From positions 66,588,001 through 66,652,000 of the forward strand of contig OX597825.1 in assembly GCA_951406725.2 (NCBI GenBank): a stretch of 64,000 bases of DNA. Reading direction: 5' to 3'. The notes beneath the pieces were generated by a model, which saw only the letters and a list, made by a program, of their open reading frames with translations, was not told where the DNA came from and did no database searches. The position numbers and the translations under genes were made by a program. This document shows positions 54,682 through 64,000 of the stretch, one piece after another. Source of the DNA: Octopus vulgaris. Taxonomy: Eukaryota. How positions within the stretch are numbered: position 1 is the stretch's first letter; every line of letters begins with the position of its first letter.

Positions 54682-54896
54682 CTTTTCTACTCTAGCCACA
54701 AGGCCCGAAATTTTGGGGGAGGGGGCCAGTCGACTAGATCGACCCCAGTACGCAAATGGTACTTAATTTATCGACCCCGAGAGGATGAAAGGTAAAGTCG
54801 ACCTCGGCGGAATTTGAACTCGGAACGTAAAGACAGACAAAATACCGCTGAGTATTTCGCCCGGCGTGCTAACGTTTCTGCCACTTCGCCGCCTTC
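54682..54896 (-). mobile_element. SINE A about 20 nt downstream of the exon 3 donor
   Basis: Near-TSD TAA(A/C)CACTATTTTATT on both sides. Confidence 0.88.
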
Positions 54897-56098
54897 TAAC
54901 CACTATTTTATTATTTTAATGACCAACGCATAAAATTTCAAAGTCCCTTAAAAAAGAGAAATTCATTATATAAAAAAGCATATTAGCATATTTAAATTCA
55001 TTGCAGGGTTAAATTAGACAGTTGACATAAAGGAAAAGAAAATATTCTATCCCATCAAAGTCTCCAGCGTCATAACATAGGTATTTTTATTGAGGCTAAG
55101 GGCATTGTTCTGCTTTGCCGTATGAACCTTGGTGAGCGGACGCAGTCAGAGTGCTTACTCTGTCCCTTCCTGTTGGCCACGGCTTCCTAGTCTCTTTTGC
55201 AGATGCCCCTGTCACATCTTACAGGCTTATATAGTGTTCACAGTTCGTTGAGCAACAGTCATGATGTCATTTTGATACCCTGTGCGAATTATTATGATAC
55301 ACGAAACTCTTATCCAATATTTATATGGCTTCCAGTACACCGTGTCAATGAACTGTTTCTTAATCACAACTGTAATCTTAATGCTCCCCAACGTCATCGA
55401 CTGTTTAGCTTTAAACTGTTAAAAAAAAAAAAAAATAAAAGACATAAAATTCGTAAAATGTAGCCCAAATACTTGTACAATATCGTTAAAGCCGGTTTCG
55501 GAAAACAATGTACAACTGATGTAACTAGAATAGAGAACCTCTTTAACATATATTCTGGCCAGATTTATGTACGGTCGCTGATTTATTAACTTAGTCTTCT
55601 ATGAAATACCATCTGTATATATGTTTTATTTATATTTAAGTGAAAAATAGATAGGTAGATAGATAGATAGATAGATTAGGGAAAACCGTAGGGAAGGCAG
55701 TTCTTCTAGGAGAAAGATACTCTGGCATAAAATTTGCATTCAAAATAGTACCAGTCACCTTGCAATGCTTGTCAACGTGTCTATATGCCCCAAACAATAT
55801 TTGTCTTGACATAGGCTCCCAACTCCTGTTGGAATCGTAGGTATAAACTCGCAACAAACTTTGTTTGAAGTTGTCGAGGACCATCTTTTTTCAAGTCATA
55901 TTTTGTATATATATATATACTGATGAACAAAAGATGTAGATAATACGTTAATTGCGAAATCACTGGTGATCTGGAACTAAATTCTGTTTTTAAATGACTT
56001 GCTTCGAGAGCTGCATTCGGTACGATTCGTTTATTTTTGGTAGTAATGGCTTTGAAAGACCCTCCTAGCGTGTGGCATTTATGTGTAATAATGCCCTC

Positions 56099-56154
<56 letters not shown>

Positions 56155-56332
56155 TATTTCCACATGTTGGACCGTTGAACCATTAATCCCTCTGTTTCTT
56201 TTCCCCTCGTCCTTTCTATCGAAGAGCGTAGGCTCGGAACGTCAATTACTTTTCCATTCTTCCCGAGCGTTAAGCAAATGCATCTGCTACTTCTTCTCCC
56301 TTTACTGTCTTCTTTTGTTTTCTCTAAATTTG

Positions 56333-56413
<81 letters not shown>

Positions 56414-56448
56414 AATGTAACGTTATTTTTCGTTTTTTTTTGCCACAG

Positions 56449-56651
56449 GGTTATAGTGTTCCAACGGCAACTTTAGCATTAGAGATTTTTCCAACGGAAA
56501 GACGAGCATTTATCTCAATGATCCGCGGAGTAAATTGGTCCCTATCCTGTTTGGTTCTCGGTATGTCAGGCTATTTCATGCGTAATTATAACTGGAGGTA
56601 CTTCGCACTGCTGGTGTCTTTCACGGCGACTGTATTCATCATCGACATCTT
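56449..56651 (+). CDS. SLC22-family transporter, coding exon 4 (gene incomplete in window)
   Basis: T-rich CAG acceptor; [18 protein letters not shown]; donor GTGAGT at 56652. No ESPRWL-type next exon was found before 64000. Confidence 0.9.
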
Positions 56652-56866
56652 GTGAGTAACGTAAAACTTTCTATTCATTTTAATCATGGCGCAGGCGTGT
56701 CTGTGTGGCACGAAGTTTGCTTCTCAATAACATAGTTCGAGTTTTCTTTCCAACTGCATGGTTCTACGTGGAACCTCCGTCATTTGACTTCTACTGTAAC
56801 CGTGGGTCGATCAAGTCCTTGTGAATGGATTTGGTTAACGGAAATTGGAAGAAGCCTGTTGTATAA

Positions 56867-56954
<88 letters not shown>

Positions 56955-58617
56955 ATATATGTATGTATGTATGTATATATGCATGTGCGTGTATGACGTA
57001 TTTGTGTTTGTCCCCTACCACCTCTTGACAAACCAGTGTTGGTCTGTTTACGTCTCCGTAACTTGGTGTTCCATCAAAATACAATCGATAAAATAAGTAT
57101 CAGATTTTAAAATAGTAAGTACTGGGGTAAATTTGTTCGAATAAACACTTCGAAGCAGTGCCCCAGCATGGCCGCAGCCCAAACAAATAAAAGATAAAAG
57201 ACATATAAAGGCCAGTAGCCAAGAACACCTATTTGAAAATGTGTTGCTGCTTTACTTATTTAGCTCCAAGTCAGATCTATAATGAGAGATGTTTCGAGAT
57301 GTGAACCACAACCATCCCGTCTTTTTCATGCGTAGAACTAAGTTATCGAATGCTGTTCTGTTATCATTTATTTTAAGCGGCCGGGCCATATCTGAAATTG
57401 TTTTTAATGTTATTTCTAAGAGATGGGAGAACGAGGAATCGCGTAGAGGCTTCCAATTTTGGTTCGGGTTCAAAATAGGCTTAACTGAGCAAACAGTTCA
57501 CGTTGCTCCAGTTAACTTAATTGGCAAAAGAAACCGCTACCTGTAATTCAAAGGGTCAGCTTTGTCACATTCTGTGTCACGCTGAATCCCCCTGAGAACT
57601 ACGTTAAGGGTATGTGTGTCTGTAGAGTGCTCAGCCACTTGCACATTAATCTCACAGACAGGTTATACGTTAATCGGATCAACTGGAACTATCGTTGTCG
57701 GAAGCGACAGATTGCCAGTAAGTAAGGACTGTCAGTTCCCAAAAGTAAGCAGTTACAGTAAGCAGTTTCTATAAAATTACCGAGTGTTCCATTAAGTAAC
57801 AGAGATGTTTTCAGCTTACCAGGGTATAGTAAAAACTTTATTTTCAGCGAAAGCACGACTTTAATACCGTCCTTTCCAAAAAATAAATAATGAAAGCTGA
57901 ACGTTTGCAACAAAAACCAAAGATTAGAAAACAAAAATCGCCTCCATCATACTACATTTTTTTTAATGATTTAAAATTGTATCCACCACATGTGTCAATG
58001 ATTCAGGAGACTGCTTTTTACGATCTTTATGTATTAAGGATCATGCTTCTGGAATCAATAGCAACTAGTGTAGTAGTGTCTTATTGATATTACGCTTAAC
58101 CGTGCTAATAACAGTATTAAATCAATCATACCTTGTATAACAACAATGAAAACAGCGAAAAATCTCCTATTCAAACGTGGATTATATATGATTTAATGTA
58201 TATGATCGATTCTTTTAAGTTCTTAACTTAAACCTCAGTCCTCAAAGTTTGTCTAGTGTCTTTCTAAGCCTTGCACGAGTTCACCGATAAAAGATTATTC
58301 GACAATAACTCACACTTCATTGAGAACATCTGTTTTCACTCGCATCTCACTGATGGTTGCGTGCTTCATAGAAAGAAAAAAACAAAATGAAGAAAATTTC
58401 CGTTGTTCTGTGTTCGAACCCAAACATACCACCAAGCCTTAGAGTGGGCTGCGAATTTTGTAAGTGGCGGCTGCAGAAACCCATCATTATCATCATCATC
58501 GTCGTCGTCGTCGTTGTCATCATCATCATCACCACTACCATCATCATGATCATATTCATCATCATGATCATCATCATCAACTCTCTCTCTCCCTGTCTCT
58601 GTCTACCTGTCTGTCTA

Positions 58618-58721
<104 letters not shown>

Positions 58722-58863
58722 GTATGTATATATGTATATATATGTGTGTGTGTATAATATACATGTATATATTTAACATTTTATTTAACATTTACATATG
58801 CTTAACAATAAACATATATGATGCTATATGTATACATACATACATACACACAAGTTTACTTTG

Positions 58864-58900
<37 letters not shown>

Positions 58901-59500
58901 TAAAGGTCACGATACATGTATTAAAGCGCTACATGTAATGTGACCTTTAAATAAATAATATCTATTGTTCACCAGATGGAGCACTTTTTTGTTGAATTTT
59001 TTATCACGGATCATTACATTATATATATATATATACACACACACGAGGGGTTGCTGGAAAGTTCTTGGCTCTGAGTAAAAATAAAAAAATACAGGAGGAT
59101 CAGTTAATTATGATTTTATTCAACATATTCCCCTCTCAGATTCACACATTATTCCAACGGACTACAGTTTTTCTGAACCCAGTAAAAGAACTCGGAAGGT
59201 TGGACCTCCAACCAAGCCTTTCGCGAGAACCTTAAAGCCACACACACATACACACGCACATATATATCTCGGCCTTAGCTATACAAGGATTTGATAAAAC
59301 TAGTCTATAAATTAAAACTGACCCCATAAAACAGTGACAAGCAAAATCTGTAACAATTCTTTCTTCCTGATACTTTAGTAGCTTCTAAGCTGAAGTGAAG
59401 GCAGCATGTTCTTTGACTATCCCCTTAACTTTTTGGGGATTTTAAGTAAAATTATACTAATGTGTCCATCTGTTTTAAATTAATCAAATTCTGTGTCTTT

Positions 59501-59588
59501 GTGCAGCTGAGGATTGCTCTGCATTTAAATTGATGTAATGGTTGCATTGTTCAATTAAATGGAGTTGCGTGAAAAGATCGTACTGCAT
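59501..59588 (+). ncRNA. degenerate type I hammerhead ribozyme
   Basis: gtgcag-CTGAGGA-(imperfect stem II)-GAAAa-gatc-GTA-ctgcat; (TA)n follows about 35 nt later. Confidence 0.45.
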
Positions 59589-59621
59589 TACCTCTGGTGG
59601 ATATCCTTGTTGCTTATTTTG

Positions 59622-59665
<44 letters not shown>

Positions 59666-60020
59666 AACACATAGATACATGTGAATATTCCTTCATACAA
59701 TATATGTCTGTGTTTGTTTTTGTGTGTGTATGTGTGCGTAGATGAGTGTAGATGTATACATAAGACAGGCTTCTGTGCTATTTCCTTATACAAACTCACA
59801 CTCATAAAGCATTAGTTGACTGGAGGCTTTCAGCTGCTGATATTTTCTGCAGTAAGCATGCATTCCTGCAGAGACCATGTTATCAAATGAAAGTAACACG
59901 ATACGTGAAATTCATCGTTGGTAAAACATGCACTGTCCCAATTTCAGACTGTTAGCAAGTATATGGTATTGGTTGCTGTTAACAAACTAGAATTAATGCT
60001 GTTTACTACTACTACTACTA

Positions 60021-60107
<87 letters not shown>

Positions 60108-60151
60108 ATTTTTATGGCTCCCGTTATTATTATTATTGCTATTATGTAATG

Positions 60152-60195
<44 letters not shown>

Positions 60196-60293
60196 TATTA
60201 TTATTATTATTATTCCCTTATCCTTCGCCCCGGTAACAAATAAATGAATTCATCATCAACATCATCATCATCATCATCGTCATCATCATCATC

Positions 60294-60326
<33 letters not shown>

Positions 60327-60702
60327 CGGCGAGCTCTCTGAATCGTTCGCAAAATGTACGCCGGGCAAAACTCCTTTCGGAGTTGATAAATTAATTAAGA
60401 ACCAGTGAAACATTGGGGTCGATGTAATCGACTAGTCCCCCCCACACCGCCGCTAGTATGAAGGATTATTATTATCTGCTGGTGAGTTCCTTTTTTGTTA
60501 AAAGTCCCCCTATTTCTTGGGAGTCTTATCGAATTTATTCCATTTTTTATTCGACGTGGAAAAATTTAGAATTTTGCTCAATGCGTGGCACCTTGGGCAA
60601 GTGTCTTCTACTATAGCCTCGGGTCGACCAAAGCCTTGTGAGTGGATTTGTTAGACGGAAACTGAAAGAAGCCCGTCGTATATATGTATATATATATATG
60701 TA

Positions 60703-60734
<32 letters not shown>

Positions 60735-61426
60735 CTGTGTCTGTGCTTGCCTCCCCCCCCCACAACATCGCTTGACAACCGATGCTGGTGTGTTTAGGTC
60801 TCCGTAACATAGCGGTTCGGCAAAAGATACCGACGAACCACATGGTTCCGGGTTCAGTCCAACTGTACGCTACCTTGGGCAAATGTCTTCTACTATAGCC
60901 TCGCGTCGACCAAAGCCCTGTGAGTGGATTTGTTAGACGGAAACTGAAAGAAACCCGTCGTATATATGTATGTTTGTGTGTGTGTTTGTATGTCAGTATT
61001 TGTCACCCCAACATCGCTTGACAACCGATGCCGGTGTGTTTACGTCCTCCGTAACTTGGCGGTTCAGCAAAAGAGACTGGTAGAATAAGTACTAGGCTTA
61101 CAAAGAATAAGACCTGGGGTCGATTTTCTCGACTAAAAGCGGTGCTCCAGCATGGCCACAGTCAAATGACTGAAACAAATAAAAGAGTAAAAGACTAACG
61201 GCAGCAAGAAATAGTTTCGAGGTGTTTCAGTCGTCGATGAAAGAGGGGGTGAGACGGAGGAGAGTCTTGCTATAAAAATTAGAGTGGGTGACAGTTGTAC
61301 GTCTGTTGGTGTGACTGCCAGACAAGCAAGCAGGAAAAACAAGATAACCGTCCCAATTATAAACAACAACAACTCCGACACCCCACCCCACAATCACCTC
61401 TTCCGCGACCACTACGAGCAACAACA

Positions 61427-61469
<43 letters not shown>

Positions 61470-61526
61470 CAACAATAAAGCTATGACGAGAGAGAGAAAT
61501 AAGCAGTACAGTAACGGTATAAATTA

Positions 61527-61925
61527 TTTCTATTTCTTTACTACCCACAAGGGGCTAAACACACGGAAGACAAACAATGACATACAAACGGATTAAGTCG
61601 ATTATATCGACCCCAGTGCGTAACTGGTCCTTAATTTATCGACTCCGAAAGGATGAAAGGCAAAGTCGACTTCGGCGGAATTTGAACTCAGAACGTAGCG
61701 GCAGACGGAATACCTGTTTCTTTACTACCCATAAGGGGCTAAACACAGAGAGGAGAAACAAGGACAAACAAACGGATTAAGTCGATTATATTGACCCCAG
61801 TGCGTAACTGGTACTTAAATTATCGACCCTGAAAGGATGAAAGGCAAAGTCGACCTCGGCGGAATTTGAACTCAGAACGTAGCGGCAGATGGAATACGTG
61901 CTAACGTTTCAAGCAGCTCGCCGCT
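61527..61925 (-). mobile_element. dimeric SINE A
   Basis: Two body modules. Confidence 0.85.
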
Positions 61926-61929
61926 GGTA

Positions 61930-63425
61930 TATAAATGATATAAGTGATTTCACACCGTCAGCAAGTAGCTTGCTTACTTCGGTCAACGATATGAACATCA
62001 CCACAAACAATAGCGTCGCTTTGGCTCCGACTAACACTAAGAACAACAGGAACAACACCAGCAACAAAAACGATATAGTCAATACCAACAATAACAGCAA
62101 CGATAAAAATAACTTCTTTGCAGGAGTAACAAAATTGCTGGAGCAAATCTCCCCCGAAGGAAAATATGCGTACCTGAGTGAAGCAGAAAAACTCCTCAAT
62201 AGAGGGCTTAGGGAAACCAAGCTTGCTATTCATTCAGATTTTATGTAGAAGACGGCCAGAAGGACCATCGTATACAGATGTGTGTCGCTGAAGACGAGGG
62301 AAATTTTCAATGTGGCACACATCCAAGTAAAAAAAAGCTTGAAGGGCATTTGGACTGATATTGATTTCCTCACGCGAGGGAGACAATATGGTTTTGTGGA
62401 TGGGAGGTTCCTCACAGAGGCATGGCCCCAAAACACTCAATGGTCCAGTGCAAACACGAGGATATCCTTCTCCTTCCCATATACCTTGGACGACGTGTGG
62501 TGAAAGTTAAAATATCAAATGTGCCACCAGAATTACACATTTTGTGTTTGGTTGCGTGCGCAGTAGTCGAAGGCTCGGATCCGCTTCTAGAAATTAAAAA
62601 AATATCGGGAGGAGAACTGGTCCGGAATCGGGTTGGAAATTTTGATCCAGGTAAAACCAGAATCCCTGGACAAGGTCCCCGACCTTGTCGAGCTACCCAG
62701 AGGGGTTCAACTCCAGATCGTGGTGGAAGGCAGAAAGCCAATGTGCCATACTTGTTGGTCTAACACATATTTGAAGGCTCTCTGCCCACAACAGCAACGA
62801 AATGGAACTCCAGGAACGGTAACTTTGCTACCACAACGAAAAACTTTTGAGGAAAAACGGAAAAATAATTCAAGAAAATGCCGTCCTAAGCTGAAAATGA
62901 TAAGACAGGACGAGGATAATTCCCCTAATTCATTAGCTACACTAACAACAACACCGATACATTAATCCAAATAACAACAACAAAAGCAATGCACAACCGC
63001 AACCTCATCTACAAAGACACCAAAACAGAAACAAATACACGAAGAGAAACTACAATCACAAAAACAACTCGTACAACTTACTAGAGAACCCGAACACCTC
63101 ATCAATATCACAGTCGTTCGCAAGAACGACAGCGAACTGATGCAGGAAGTAGGGAAAAGACAAATATTCATACAAAAAGACTAGGGTTCAATGACACTAT
63201 AAAACTCAATAACACTATAAAATGGTCAAAACTTTTCACACAGGAACTTAGTTCGATTTGAAAATCCCACTAGAATGGGAGAAAGCGCTAATACATGATC
63301 TAAGTTATATGATGTATAAAAACATGTAATATACAAATAAATATCTGTAAATGTAAAACCATCCGAATTTCTGAGTACCTCATTTCTTCTAATATAAAAT
63401 ACCTGTACATCATCTCCAAACCTTC
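61930..63425 (+). mobile_element. ORF1 (gag-like) pseudogene of an L1/Tx1-like element
   Basis: IDFLTRGRQYG, LLPIYLGRRVVKVKISNVPPE, LVELPRGVQLQIVVEGRKPMCHTCWSNTYLKALCP (decayed knuckle); frameshifted. Confidence 0.6.
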
Positions 63426-64000
63426 CAATATATATATATAGTTTCTTTATTGCCCACAAGGGGCTAAACATAGAGGGGACAAACAAGGACAGACAAAGGG
63501 ATTAAGTCGATTACATCGACGCCAGTGCGTAACTGGTACTTTATTTATCAACCTCGAAAGGATGAAAGGCAAAGTCGTACGCGTGTGAGTATGTGAGTGT
63601 GTGTGTATGTGTGTGTGTGTGTGCGTGTATACAAACAATCTTCTAGTTTCCGCCTACCAAATCCACTCACAAGGAGGCTATAGTAGAAGTCATTTGGTGC
63701 GACGCAACGAGACCAAACTTAGGGCCACGTGGTTGCTAATCAAACTTCTGACCACACAGCTACATCTGCGCCTACGTATGTATGTATGTATGTATGTATG
63801 TATGTATGTATGTATGTATGTATGTATGTATGTATGTATGTATGTGTGTATGTATGTGTGTGTACGTACGTACGTATGTATGTATGTATGTATGTATGTA
63901 TGTATGTATGTATGTGTGTATGTATGTGTGTGTATGTAAGTATGTATGTATGTATGTATGTATGTATATGTAATTCCTTAAGTTTTTGAGTATTATGCTT

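Overview
AT-rich, microsatellite-saturated animal genomic DNA. The SINE families and repeat landscape look like a coleoid cephalopod, probably Octopus (inferred from recalled SINE sequences, not from a search). Two host genes are supportable. (1) A minus-strand, apparently intronless ~662-aa very acidic tandem-repeat protein (18985-20973) with a C-terminal RVxF motif, a polyA signal and an upstream CRE/CCAAT. (2) The first four coding exons of a plus-strand SLC22 organic cation/anion MFS transporter (40973-56651), whose later exons were not found in the window. The rest is mobile DNA: CR1/L2-group LINEs, R4/Dong-like RLE LINEs piled into (AAT)n, a decayed Penelope-like element, a deleted Gypsy, L1/Tx1-like relics, mariner derivatives, MITEs and at least three tRNA-derived SINE families. 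The most unexpected signal is a set of short non-coding modules, mostly bounded by (TA)n, several with type I hammerhead ribozyme folds and/or long fold-back arms. Most ORFs in the supplied track are microsatellite artefacts. Repeat boundaries are read by eye and approximate.
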